From NCBI RefSeq assembly GCF_009914755.1, contig NC_060940.1: a stretch of DNA of 64,000 nt, one strand, 5' to 3'. Below the pieces are notes generated by a model. The model searched no databases. It was not told the origin of the DNA and saw nothing but the letters and a program-made list of their open reading frames with translations. The DNA comes from the human T2T-CHM13v2.0 reference genome, Homo sapiens. Shown piece by piece: positions 1 to 18,969 of the stretch (its first letter is position 1; the number at the start of each line of letters is the position of its first letter). The position numbers were made by a program, and so were the translations under genes.

Positions 1-238
1 TGATTCTTTTTTGTAGTCCCAGTTACTTGGGAGGATGAGGCAGGAGGATTGCTTAAGCCCAGGAGTTCAAATCTAGCCTGAGCAACATAGAGAGACCCTG
101 TCTCTCTAAAAATAAAAGTAAAAATAAAAAAGTAAGTTTCTTATAGATGGCATATAATTGGGTAATGTAGTTTTTTTCCACGTTGCCAATCTCTGTCTTC
201 TGATTGGAGAGTTTAATCAATTTACACTTAGTTACTGA

Positions 239-1091
<853 letters not shown>

Positions 1092-1852
1092 ATGGATTTT
1101 AAAATCTCTAATTACCTGCATTATTGTCTTCTTTTGTGTTTAGCTGGAGTTTTGTAGGTTTTCTTTTTTCTTTTTGTAGTAACATGTTTAACTATTTTCT
1201 CATTTTATTTTGTGTAACATTGTAATTTGAATTTATAGCAGCGTAATTTCAGTAACATGCAAAAATTCTGCTTCTTTATAGCTTCATCTCCACCCCTTTC
1301 AGTTGTCACAAAATTACATTATTATATACTGTGTGTCCCAAAACATAAACTCATAATTGTTTAAATGCATTAGTCTGCTAAGGCGTGTTTTATGGACCCG
1401 AATGTGATCTATCTTGGTGAATGTTCCATGTGAGCTTTAGAGGAATGTGTATCCTGCTGCTGTTGGATGAAGTGCTCTATAGATGTCAATTCTGTCTGGT
1501 TGCTTGATGGTGCTGTTGAGTTCATTATGTCCTTACTGATTTTCTGCCTGCTGGATCTGTCCACTTTGATAGATTGATGTTGAAGTTTCCAACTATAATA
1601 GTGAATTCATCTGCTTTTCCTTGCAGTTCTTAGTTTTTGCTTTGAGGATTTTGATGCTCTGTTGTTAGGCGTATACACATAAGGTTTGTTACCTCATCTT
1701 AGAGAAATACTCCTTTATAATTTTGTAATGTCCTTTTTCTATCCCTGATAATTTTCCTTGCTCTGAAGTCTGCTCTGCCTGAAATTAGTATAGCCACTGG
1801 GACTTTCTTTTTGATTCCTGCTATGTCTTTTTCCATCTCTTTAATTTTTTCT

Positions 1853-2154
1853 CTCTTTTTTTTTTTTTTAAAGACGAGAGTTTCACTCTTGTTGCCCAGG
1901 CTGGAGTGCAGTAGCTTGATCTCAGCTCCCTGCAACCTCCAACTCCTGGGTTCAAGCAATTCTCCTGCCTCAGCCTCCTAAGTAGCTGAGATTACAGGCA
2001 TCTGCCACCATGCCTGGGTAATTTTTGTATTTTTAGTAAAGACGGGGTTTTACCATGTTGTCCAGGCTGGTCTTGAAATCCTGACCTCAGGTGATCCGCC
2101 CGCCTCAGACTCCCAAAGTGCTGGTATTACAGGAGTGAGCAACTGTGCCCAGCC
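1853..2154 (-). mobile_element. Alu (AluS-like)
   Basis: Full dimeric antisense Alu preceded by a poly-T tract. Confidence 0.9.
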
Positions 2155-2593
2155 TCATCTCTTTAATTGTAATCTACCTATGTTTTTATATTTAAAGTGA
2201 GTTTCCTGGGTCTTCTTTTAACATTTTTTGCAAGGTGGATTTACTGATGACAAATTCCCTTAATTTTTGTTCTTCTGAGAAAGTCTTTATTTCTGTTCAT
2301 TTTTGACCCAACACATGCTTGGGTCTTATTTTTGAATATATTCTGACATTCTCTATTACTTATTTGATGTATTTAGAACATTGACATTTAAAGTGATTAT
2401 TGGTACAGTTAGATTAATATCTGCCATATTTATTACTGTTTTCTGTTGCTTTTATTCTTCCCTTTTCTTTTTATTTTGGTCTTCCACTCTTTTTCTGCTT
2501 TCTCTGGCTTTAATTGAACATTTTATATGATTACATTTTTTCCTCTCTTAGCATGCCAATTATGCTTCTTATTATATACTTTTAAAAAGTCTT

Positions 2594-2921
<328 letters not shown>

Positions 2922-3011
2922 TTACAGTTACAACTAATCCAATTCCACTTTCACCTGATGCTATACCACTTCATGGGTTGTACAAGTTCCCTCTAACAGA
3001 GTATTCTCAGT

Positions 3012-3425
<414 letters not shown>

Positions 3426-3459
3426 TTATTGACCCAATCATTGAATACATTGTTGCGGG

Positions 3460-4083
3460 TTTGTTTTTGTTTTTGTTGTCGAGACAGGGTTTTTTTGTTT
3501 GTTTGTTTGTTTTTTGAGACAGAGTTTCGCTCTGTCACCCAGGCTGGAGTGCAGTGGCGCAATCTGGGCTCACTGGAAGCTCCACCTCCCAGGTTTGCAC
3601 CATTCTCCTGCCTCAGCCTCCTGAGTAGCTGGGACTACAGGTGCCCGCCACCATGCCCGGCTCATTTTTTGTAGTTTTAGTAGAGATGGGGTTTCACTGT
3701 ATTAGCCAGGCTGGTCTCGAACTCCTGACCTCGTGATCTGCCCACCTCGGCCTCCCAAAGTGCTGGGATTACAGGCATGAGCCACTGTGCCTGGCCGAGA
3801 CAGGGTCTTGGTCTGTCGTCCAGGCTGGAATATAGTGGTGCGATCATAGCACACCACACCCTTGAACTCCAGGGCTCAAATGATCCTCCTGCTTCAGCCC
3901 CTCAAGTAGCTGAGACGACAGGTGTGCACCACCATGCCTAGATAATTTTTTTTTTTAATTTCTAGTAGAGACAGGGTCTCGCTATGTTGCCCAGGCTGAT
4001 CTTGAACTCCTGGTCTTAAGAAGTCCTCCCGCCTCAGCCTCCCAAAGTGTTGGGATTAACAGGTGTGAGCCATTGTACCCAGC
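3460..4083 (-). mobile_element. Two nested antisense Alus
   Basis: Younger Alu (~3490-3796) inserted at the 3' end of an older AluJ-like copy; cgagacagggt is duplicated on both sides. Confidence 0.85.
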
Positions 4084-4102
4084 TTTTAAAAATATTAATA
4101 AT

Positions 4103-4387
4103 AGAGTCAGAGTGTTACTATGTGGCCCAGGCTAGAGTGCAGTGGCTATTCACAAGTGCAATCCCATGACTGATCAGTACAGGAGTTTTGACCTGCTTCA
4201 TTTCTGACCTGGGCTTATTCACCCCTCCTTAGGCAACCTGGTGGTCCTTAAGGAGGGGAGGTCACCATTTTGATGCCAAACTTAGTGCAGACACTCAGTC
4301 CAAATAGCCCAGAACTCCTGGACTAAAGCTATCCTGCCTCAGCCTCTTGAGTAACTGGGTCTAGAGGCATGCACCACCATGCCTAGC
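4103..4387 (-). pseudogene. 7SL (SRP RNA) pseudogene, near full length
   Basis: Contains the 7SL S-domain absent from Alu, read antisense: 'gtggctattcac...tgatcagtacaggagttttgacctgct...tcacccctccttaggcaacctggtggtcc...gggaggtcacca..ttgatgccaaacttagtgcagacac'. Confidence 0.92.
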
Positions 4388-4445
4388 TGTTGCTGTTATT
4401 ACCTTGAACAAACTGTTAAAAATAAGTTAAAAATAAGAAAAGTAG

Positions 4446-4782
<337 letters not shown>

Positions 4783-5687
4783 TTATTCTCTAATGCTCTT
4801 CCTTTATAGGTCTTTATTTCTGACCTGTATTATTTTCCTTCTTTCTCAAACACTTCTTAATATTTTTTGCAAGGCAGGTCTACTGATGACAGATTCTGTT
4901 AATTTTTATTCTTCTGAGAAAGTCTCTTCTCTTTTGAAGGGTAATTTTACTGGATACAGATTTTTAGGTTAATAGGGTTTTTTTTTTTTCCTTACAACAC
5001 TATAAATATTCCCTCTACTGTTTTCCCTTGAATAATTTCTCAAAGAAGTGTGATGTAATTCTTATCCTTACTCCTTTATAGGAAAGGAATTTATTTCCCT
5101 GTGGCTTCTCTCAAGATTTTCTCTTTGTCTTTGATTTTCTGTAGTTTATTGTATGCTTACATGTAGTTTTGTTCTGTTTTTGTTTTTTGCTATTTATCCT
5201 ACCTGGTATTCTGTGAGCTCCCCAGAACTGTGTTTGGCATCTGTCATCAGTTTTGGAAAATTCTCAGTTCATTATTGTTTCAGATACTTTTTCTGCTCAT
5301 TTCTGCCTGTCATCATCTTCTGGATTCCCATTATGCATATTTATGCCTTTCTAATTGTCCCACAGTTCTTGGATATTCTGTTCCATCTTGTTCATTCTTT
5401 TCTCTCTGAGTTTCAGTTTGGGAAGTTGCTACTGACATTTTTTTTCAAGCTCATTGATTCTTTCCTTTGACTGTATCTAATCGATGAATCCATCAAAGGC
5501 ATTCTTCACTTTTCTTAGTTTTTTTTGTTTCTAGCATTTCCTTTTGATTCTTTGAGTCTTTATCTCTGCTGAAATTACCCATCTGTTTTAGCATATCATC
5601 TACTTTTTCCATTAGAGCCCTTAGCATATTAATCATAGTTGTTTTAAATCAGAGTTGTTAGCTGTGATAATTCTAACATCTCTGCTA

Positions 5688-6430
<743 letters not shown>

Positions 6431-7368
6431 TCAGCCTTTGGTGTGAGTTTTTTAGTTTATCTGGCTAGGCGTTAGGCTCTGTCTGCTGTTTGCTGTAACT
6501 ATAGGTGTCAGAACTAAAATTTCCTCCTGGGTCTGTTTTTCCTTCCTTGGGTTTCCGTAGAGACTTCTTAAATAAAGTCTGAGATATGCAGGTTTTTCCG
6601 TTCTATTCTCTTGTTATTATATAGGAGCCCTATTTATGTGGTGGGAAGGAGGGGAAGTGTCCTAAGTCCTGTGACTAGGTCTCAGTCTTTTTGTGAGCCT
6701 GTGCCCCTGGCCTGTGACTTTTACCAGCACTTCTCAGTTTGGGGTTTTTGCCTCCTTAGGTGAAACAGGAAGGGAGAGGGGGCTGGAGTTAGGCCCTTTC
6801 TTTCCTGCCTGTGGAAGGCTTAGGGGTGCTTAAGTTGGGTCAACCTTTCCCTTAGGCTGATGAGGATCTTATAAAACCTAATTAAGTTAGGCTCTTGTAA
6901 AATAGTTTCCTTTGAGGACAGGCCTTGTTAAGAACAGGAAGCTCTAGACATAGTCCACATGGCTGCTTTCCCCCTCCCCCGCCAGAAGTATGAGAGGATC
7001 TTTCTCTGATCTTGACTGTGAGAGTCTGGTAGGGCTCATGGAGGTAAAGTCCACATTGAGTCTCCAGCAGTTCATGAATTGCTGTGTAAATTTTCCTACC
7101 CTCGTTTCCACTCCTGGGCTCCTGCTCAGGTAAGCTCCAGTTCACCCTGTTGACATGTCTCCTGTGTCGGGGGCAGTCATTTGCCCTGTAACTTCAGTTC
7201 TCTGATGCAGCTAAAAGGGGTTGTTTGCCAGTTCAGTGTTGTTTCTTGTAAGGATGGTAGTGACAACTTCTAAGCTCCTGACATGCCTCACTGAAGAATG
7301 AAAGTCCTTTGCCTTCATTTTTTAATGATATTTTTGGTAGATAAAAATAATTCCAGTTGACCAGTTTT

Positions 7369-7373
<5 letters not shown>

Positions 7374-7409
<36 letters not shown>
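7374..7409. repeat. (GT)18 microsatellite
   Basis: Read directly. Confidence 0.95.
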
Positions 7410-7412
<3 letters not shown>

Positions 7413-7517
7413 TCCCAGTACTTTAAAGATGTTACTTCTTTGTCTTTCCGCTTACAGCAGAAGTATCATGTCATTCTTACCTATATTTATCAGTACATAA
7501 TATGCTTTTTAGCTTAA

Positions 7518-7905
<388 letters not shown>

Positions 7906-8389
7906 CTCTGTTTGGGTTTTATTGACTTTCTTGGATGTGTGAATTGACAGTTTTCATCATATTTGGGAAATTTTGCTTATTTCTTCAAATATTTCTGTCT
8001 CCTCTTTGTTTTTCTTCTAGGACTTCCAATTATGTGCACATTAGACAGCTTGATAGTGTCCAATAATTTTTTCTCTCTGCCTTATTTGAGTAGTTTCAAT
8101 TGCTATGTCTTCAAATTCATGGATCTTTTCTCTTTCAGTGTTTATTTGGTGTTAATCCCATCCAGTGCATCTTTTCATTTCAGGTTTTGTTTTTACTGTC
8201 TCTGGAAGTTCCATTTGGATCTTTCTATATCTTCCGTGTTCTCATCATGCTCATGTTTCCCTTTACCTTCTTAAATATATGCCGAACTATTGTCCTTGTC
8301 TGCTAGTTCCTTTATCTCTGTCGTTTCTAGGTCAGTTTCTATTGACTGTGTATGGTTATAGGTCATATTTTCCTCTCTTTCTTGCATGT

Positions 8390-8991
8390 CTGTTATAGCA
8401 GTTATCAGTTTATTGCGTCTCAACTCTAAATCCACCCTTCATTGCCACTTGTGATACTGGAACATTTCTCCCTTGCCCCATGCTGGTCTTTGTCAGTGGA
8501 AAGCGTTGAGAGGAAAGGGCATTTCTTGGTTCTTTGTGCTTTGCTTACAGCTGTCTGTGACATGAGCTGGTATGTGGGACATATAGGGTGCTCAGGCAGC
8601 TTTCAGGCAGGTCCCATAGCACCCCAGCTAGCCGCCTGGCAGCTTTCTGGTGAGTTCAACAGCACCCCCACACCAACCCCCCGGCTTTCCAGCACTCCTC
8701 AAGCAGCCTTCCAGCTCACTGTGTTAGCGTCCTCGCACGTGGTTCTTGGCCCTCAGTTCTGTCCTGGGACAGCCCAGTCGACGTCATCATCTAGTGCGTG
8801 CTTTTGATCACACCCTCTCCTAGGTCTGAATCCTTCCCTTAGTTACCTCCCTTTACTCTAGGATGTTCTGTGGATTTCTCTTTTGTTCCCTCTTAGTCAA
8901 CTCCCTGTAAATAGTTAATAATTCTTATGCTAAACTTCCCTTGTTGAAGCTACCATGTGGTTTCTGTCCCCTGGTGGGACCCTGACTGATA
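8390..8991 (+). mobile_element. Possible ancient ERVL-type LTR
   Basis: Starts with tg and ends 'taaacttcccttg...gtttctgtcccctggtgggaccctgactgata', which resembles ERVL LTR 3' ends; family uncertain. Confidence 0.45.
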
Positions 8992-9008
8992 GGCCCGGTT
9001 ATTTTTTA

Positions 9009-9182
<174 letters not shown>

Positions 9183-12130
9183 TTATTGGCTGGTGAATTT
9201 TGTTGAATTCCTTTGAATAATGTTGGGTTTGGGTCTGGAATGCAGTTAAGTCCCTTGGAAGCAGCGATCCTTTAGAGACTTCTGAACTTTTCAGTGGGTC
9301 CAGTGCTGCTTTAGTCTGCAGTTGACTTAGCTCTATTACTAAGGGTGATGGCCTTCTGCGGAGTCTACCCAATACCCCACGAATTAGGAGATCTCTCCAC
9401 GGTGGCTTGTGGGAACACAAAATATTCCCTGTGTGAACTCTGGGGATTGTTTTGTTTGCTACTTCCTCAGGAGTCTTTCCTGGGCCTTCTCATATAGTTT
9501 TTCTCACCCAGGCACAGATCTGTTTTCAGCTAAAGACTCCAGGAGACCCTCTGCAGATCCTGGCTCTGCCTCTGCAGCTGCCTCCTCCCCAGGACTCTGC
9601 CCTGCAAATAGCAGCAGCCTTGGCCTCCCTGAGCTCTGAACTCTGTCTTCCCAACTCAGAAAGACTGCAGGTTCCGGCTGAGTTTCCCTGCCTGCGCTGC
9701 AGCCTGGAACCCGCCTCCTGGCTGTAATTGGTGCAGTCATAGGATGTGCTCTCTTGTCTCCCTTATCTTGGAATCACTGTCCTGCACTGTTTTCCACCAA
9801 CTGAAGGCAAAAGTATGTTGTCCAGTTTTCCAGGTGTTCAGGGTTCCCTGTTGCTGCATCCTACATGAGTATATAAACAGAGAACAAACAAAACAGCCTG
9901 TCAGGAGTTTGCTGAAGTTTCAGAATAGGTGGTGCTGGGTGAGCTGATGGGCATGAGTAACACTCCCCTTTTCCTTCTTTTAGTGACCACAATATGAATG
10001 GGAACAGCAAGATGGCAAAAGCTTGCTGAGTGGTACAGCGCCAGCCTGGGTAGTGGCCTCCCCAGCAAGTTGCATGTCACTAGCTTCCTGTGGCTGTCAC
10101 TCCTGGGCCCAGGCACCTCCGAAGATCAGCACCTCCTCATGGGCTCAAGCGAGGACAGGAGCCCGTCACCCATGAGCTCTCAAGGGCAGAGCCACTGTCC
10201 TGTCTCGATGGCTCCACCGTGACTCCAGTGGACTTTGGACAGTGGGGAGCAGGCCCAACAGGGCCACTCGGATGTGGTCACTCTGGATTTGGGTGGATCA
10301 GCACCAAGCTAGACTCATCCCCAGCCCCCAGGTGCTGTTGCTGCTCCTGCGTGAGGCCCCATCCACAGCTGCAGCTGTGGCAGGGTGGCTAGTGGTGGCC
10401 AGCATGGCCCTGCTGCAGCTCCACGCTGTGGGGGGCGTGGCCCTGACCAGCAGCCACCCCTCCATGTGGGCCACAGGGGAGGAGCTTAGGAAGCCGCCTT
10501 GGCAAGGTGAGTGGACGCATTTACGTAGTGAGAGGTGAGAACCAGTGCCGCTCCCCAGAGCCCTGCGATTCCTGGGGAGGCTGAGGCTTGTAGACGCCTT
10601 GCCTGCTCTCCTCCTGGGGTGCTTTCCTGTTCACAGGGCTGGGACCTTGGAGGGAGAATGGAGGCAGAGCCTCTGTCTGCCCCCGCTCAAGGGCCCAGCA
10701 CAGGCAGGCCCTCTGGGGAGCCCCTCAGTGGCTGGTGGGGAGTCTGGGGCAGGGTGAGGGACAGCATCTTCCACCGACCACAGGCTTGGGCAGCATCTGT
10801 CCTGGAGGCCATCCCTGTGGGAAGGCCTCTTTTGTATGACTCCTTCCCTGTGAAATGGCTTCTCCATGTAGTTCAGCCCCACAGGTGCCCTCAGAAAACA
10901 CGAAGTGCTTTCTGCACGTGTCGCGGCCCCCAGAGAAGAATTTGGTTACAGAGAAGGTGACAGCTCATGGCTTCCTGAGGGTGGGGCAGTGGGAGAAGTC
11001 CCCAGGGGAGCTTGGGGCCCATGGCCTCCCACACCCTGGGTGGGGCTGCCCACTGGGAGGCCCACATTGCCTCAGTGTCCTGCACCCTACAGTTCAGGGT
11101 GCCTGGGGGCTGGAAGGAGAGCAGGGGCCGGGGACCAGTGGCTCACAGGGACCTGGGGAGAACTGTGGAACCAGCCTTCCCAGCCGTCCCACCCAGGAAA
11201 GGAGTGGGCAGAGTTGGAAGAAATACAGCACTGCCTTGGCCTTGGCCTCAGACCCGAGGGTCTGGCTATAGCCATGGTGGTGGCTGTGTCGTGGGGGCTG
11301 CATCATGGCACTGGCAGTGGCCCCAGGACTGTGGACTAGTGCAGACTAGCACAGAGTTCCTGCTGGGCTCGGGGTGGGAGCCCCTCCTGGCCGTGGAGAC
11401 AGGCCCACGTCAGCCCCTCAGGATCTGTTGCCCAACAGCTCTCAGCCTTTTGCTTGGGGCCTCTTTGCGTGGAATGGTTCTGAGTTCTCTGCTATCTGGC
11501 AGCATCATCTTCTGAGCACTGCTCTGACAGATGCCTTAGTCCACAGACTGCCATGCCCTCCCATTAGGAGCCATCCTTGGGCACTCCTGTGTCACCCGTA
11601 GTTACTCCACCATCCTGCCAGGCCATGGGATGTGGAGGCTGAAGAGTCCAAATGGGACAGAAGCCTGTCCCCTCCCTCCTTCCTCAGAGAGGCCTTGGTT
11701 GGGCTCACACTGAGTAGGGGCAACCAGCAGCCGGAGAGAGTGGAGCTCTTAAACTGTGGCTCCAGAGCAGAAGGCCCCCTCTGACACACCTTTCATCCAG
11801 CATGTTCTCCGTGAGCACCTGCCACGGCCCAGGCCCTGCTCTCGGTGCTGCCGGCTGAGCCCAGCTCTCGTGGGGCTCGCATCTAACAGGAGAGGGTAAC
11901 TACAGTGTGAGTGAGATGTGATTCGTGGTGAGGAATAGAGGAATAGAGGAATGAGGATGCAGAGGTCTTCTGTCCTAGAGGATGCTTGGCTGGGCAGAGG
12001 GAAACGGCCTTGTGTCCCTGGGGGACTGTCATTGTCGGGCACATCTCTGGATGGGACATCTGTGGCTGGAAGCTGTCCTTGTGGCCGTGCTAGTTGGACC
12101 AGCCTGGCTGGTTATCAGTCCGTGTCCTCA

Positions 12131-12305
12131 GCCCCTCCCCTTTTCAATGACTCATTCCAGGTTCCGCAGGCTCTGCGTCTGGTGTGGAAGAGCTCACGGG
12201 GAAGCACTCCTGCCCAGGACCCGAGGAGCCGGCCACCGTTCAGAAGGCCCCAGCTTGAAGGCCTGGAGAGCCGCCCAGCAGCACAACACAGGGAAGCTTG
12301 GGGAG
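12131..12305 (+). promoter_or_regulatory. DNASE1: Candidate upstream DNASE1 promoter and non-coding first exon (exon 1a)
   Basis: Sp1-type CCCCTCCCC (12132-12140), AP-1 TGACTCA (12148-12154) and a strong donor GAG|GTGAGC at 12305/12306. It lies ~12 kb upstream of exon 1, matching the described DNASE1 exon 1a (recalled). Confidence 0.6.
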
Positions 12306-13006
12306 GTGAGCCCCACTTCCTGCTCCCGCACAGGCTCTTCTCCCTGGGGCACTGGCTGGGCGGGATGCTGAGAAGCTGGGCATGGGCGGCTGCTGAGAGG
12401 CAGAGGAGCCAGAGAGCTGCAGGAAATATCCTGGGGCTGGGAGACCAAGATAGGGGCTCAGGGCTGCCGAGGCGGCTGGACCTGAGGGGCCAAGACCCCT
12501 GAGCGAAGGAGCCAGAGAAGAGAGACGGACATTAGGCACTGGTCTCTCTAGCCATTTGCTGATGAAGCTGCTTAGGGCAGAGGAGCAGAAAGTGGCTGAA
12601 AAGCAGAGTGGGATTTTTGGCAGTTTCGTGGAGTTAGGGAATAGGTTGGGGCCTGTCAGGTGCAGGGCCCTAAGAAATATCCCAGGCTCTCATCTGGGAC
12701 CAACCCTGCCTCGCCGGGACAAGCCACAGCTGGGCTGTTCTTTCCAAAGACTGCAGAGGAGCTTAGTGTGGGTGGAGTTCCTGATTCACTGTCTCACTGC
12801 TGCCCACCACGGAGCGGAGTGGGTGAGCTGTCCCTGTCGGGGGACATGTCCAGACCCTCCGCCCTTCTGTCACGCACAGTCCCTGACACTCAGTTGAAGG
12901 CAACCAGGTACACTGGGAAAGGGGACCAGGGGAAGAAAGGTGACAGACCCACAGGAGACTGAGATACGGTTTTTGGACATGGACTTTAGTATGTTAATCA
13001 CATCTG

Positions 13007-14430
<1,424 letters not shown>

Positions 14431-15699
14431 AAATCCCTTGCAACTACCACCACAACCAGCCCACTTTACACTGTGTGTCCTTTTCCTGGACCCTGAGGGC
14501 GCCCTCCCTTTTCCTTTCTGTGGCCCCCTAGCCTTGGACAGGGAGGGGGCCCTGCTGAGAAGGCCTTTGTACTTGGGAGAGACCGAGGTGGCTTCGGAAT
14601 TGGGGGATTACTTTTCATTGCGACCCTTGTTGGAAACATCAGCACACTGGAGTCCAGTTGCAGTTCGCCTTGTGGCTTTGTTTAAATCCTCATTGGGAAT
14701 ATGAGTTCTCATTGTCCTCAGGGACTCAGGCTGCGGGTGTGCTAACCTCCCTGGTGAGAAAGTGGCTTTTTAGACAAACTTCTTTTCATTTGCATCTCTC
14801 CTCAAAGCAGAATGCAGAAAGCGGCAGCACTGGGAGCGTGTGGGGAGGGACGGGGCAGCCGGCGGAGGCTGAGCCAACATGCCGTGGTTCAGGCCCACAC
14901 CTCGTGGAAGGCAGAAGGCGAGTGCTGACATTCCATAGCAGGCCGGGTTGGGGAAGGGGCGGTCTGCTGCCTGCTGCCTGCTGAGCGTGACTGTGCAGCT
15001 GTTGTAAGTCTTTGTGATTCTGATGTGTGGTGATCTGAGAAATTTCCCATCCTGGGTTAACACTTTCTTTATTATAAACAGAAATTAATTCATGAGGGAT
15101 GGCGCAACCAGGCTGGGGCGCAGACCAAGGGCAGTGCACTGGGCTGTGATGACTGCATCCTGCTCAGGTTGTGGGACATGGGGTTAAAACACTGTCACGG
15201 CAAAGACACTGGCCTTTTACCTGAGTACAGGATAGTAGCCCTTTGTCCTCTAAGATGCTCTGTCCCTGGGGCCAGCAAACACCTCCCAAGGGAGAGGAGA
15301 GAAAGAACCCCGAGTAGAGCCAGCCGAGTAGAGCCAGCCGAGGGCAGATAGGTCTTGTAGGGCTGTGGGAGCCACTGCAACCCTGGGAGCTTCCTGTCAG
15401 CTCAAGCCCAGTGCCCAGAGTGTCCAAGTGCCACCTGGATGCCCTGCAGTGTCCACTGTGCTGGGTTCTCAAGGTTTTTCTCTGGGGGGGGTCTGCGGGG
15501 AACCTGGAGCTGCTGGGTAGGAGGTGGGCTTGTGGCTCAGCTGTGTCCAGTGGCTGGCTGTGGAGCGCCTCCTCTGCTCCAGTAATATTTTCATGGGCAA
15601 GAAAGACCACTACTTTCTTGGCCACCGCTTCCTGGAGCTTGTGTTCCTGGAAGCCAGCCATAAATAAGCCGGCCATAAACGAGGGTAAACAGGTGCCTG

Positions 15700-16330
15700 A
15701 GTAAACACACCAGAGCAAATGAGTCATATGGGCCGGCAGAGATGAACCTGGGGCCATGGCGGGTGTAGGGGTTGGGTGGGGAGAGGATGTCCTCTGAAAA
15801 GGTGACATTTAAGCTGAAACTGGAATGACAAGAAGGCCCCAGCTCTGCAGGCAGAGCGGAAGGCTCAGAGCTTAGAATCACGTAGGTCATGGAAAGCATT
15901 GGATTTCGTGTTAGGGACAATGAGAAACTGGTGACAGATTTTAAGTAGGGGAATAAAGAGATCTAATTACACATTTGCGAGATGTTCTGAGAGCTGTGGG
16001 GACGGCTGGGACATGTACCTGGAAGCAGGGCAGCCAAAGGGAGAGGCAGTGATGACGGGTGGTATGGAGGCTGCAGAATCTGGAGGACGTGCAGGCTCAG
16101 GGTGCATGGTGCGGGCGGGGCTGAGGGGGAGCGGGGCCTAGGATGATCTCAGGTATTCTAGCACCTGGATGGTGGTGGCACTATAGACATGAGCAGGGAA
16201 GGCCAAGGAAATAATCTGGGGCCATTGTGGCTGCAGCAAGTTTATGATGCCTGATGCCCGATGCCCATCAGACCTGTCTGAGGGGAGATGTCCCAGCCAC
16301 AGCTGAAGTGTGAGACAAAGCCCCTGCTTC
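15700..16330 (-). mobile_element. L2 fragment (approximate)
   Basis: L2-like 'aggtgacatttaagctgaaactggaatgacaagaagg...gattttaagtaggggaataaagagatctaatt'. Confidence 0.55.
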
Positions 16331-16491
16331 AGAGGACAGCAGGGGAGTGTTTCCTAAGCAGGCGTGACCAGACGGTGTTTCTAAGATGGAAACCTGGGCA
16401 TTTAATTTTTTGTGTGTGGTTTCATTTTTAACATTAACTAATGGTTACCTTATTTTTGGATGTTGGATCACATCTGGCAGTATTGCTTTAA

Positions 16492-17925
<1,434 letters not shown>

Positions 17926-18969
17926 TTTCTTTAAAAACAAAACATAAGGACCAATAAGAGCCATTACAAACTTAAGAGTTTACTATTAATACTTCCCAGT
18001 TATGGGTCAGTGTTCTGCTTTCCCTGATTGCCTCTTACATAATTTGTTACACAAATGTCTGTTTGCATGAATAAAAGATTGGATGTTTTATAGGATCTAA
18101 GGTCCATACATTTTGTTTATGGATATATCTCAAGTTTTATTATCATTTAACATCCATCTCAAAATGTGAACTTTTTTTAACCTATGAGTTCTGCCTCTCT
18201 TCTTCTTTTCATTTTGAAATCTATTGATGAGCCTGTCCTTTGCCATCTACGATTTCCCAGTCTGGGTCGTACCGTGTCCCCATGGTGCTGTTGAACGTGA
18301 GCCTCTGTCCTTGTATTTGCTTTAAGTTGTCATTTAGATCTAGAGGTTTGATCAGATTCAAGATTGTTTTGGCAAGAACTCTCCTAAGTGCTGCTGTGTG
18401 TGGTCTTGGATTAGAAGGGACAGAGGCTGTCTTTTGTGATGTTAGCAGCCACTACATCAGGGCTGAGATTAGGGACGGCAAAATGGTGACTTTCAGGTCT
18501 AGCATTCCTTCCTCGTGTATTAGCTGGAGTCCACCTATCTAAAGAGAGCCTTCTCGAGCTATGGGTTACTGGGCAGTCCTTTTTGCATAGGAAAGGCAGA
18601 ATACCGCCTTGATCCTTTGACTTTATTTGCCTTTTTGCAGAAGAACAAGTTGAGTTCCTAGCATCCCCCTAAGGTGGCTGATAATTATTTTATGTCAACA
18701 TGAACTTATGTATTGAAACACAGTGATATGTTTAATCTGTTGCAATTATTCTTTTCAGTAGCAATTTGTAGAACTGAGAATTTCTTTGTGACAGAACGTT
18801 GAAGCAGTGGTGAATGATGAAGGATAGAAAAGAAGTTATATTCAGTAAAGTAGGAAATCTAACTCAGGCATATGCATTATGTCAGATCAGAAGCTTCACA
18901 CTTTCTCAGTTGAGAGCACTCTTGATTAAGGTTCAATAATTATTTTAATAGTAAGCCAAAAGAAATCCC

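Noticed and set aside
9900-12960. Dense overlapping ORFs of 100-183 aa in the GC-rich block upstream of DNASE1
   Set aside because: They are open in several frames on both strands, with no recognisable domain or exon chain, as expected for stop-poor GC-rich DNA
15164-15808. Longest ORF in the track (214 aa, minus strand)
   Set aside because: No recognisable motif and it overlaps an L2-like remnant; nothing supports it without conservation or ribosome-profiling data
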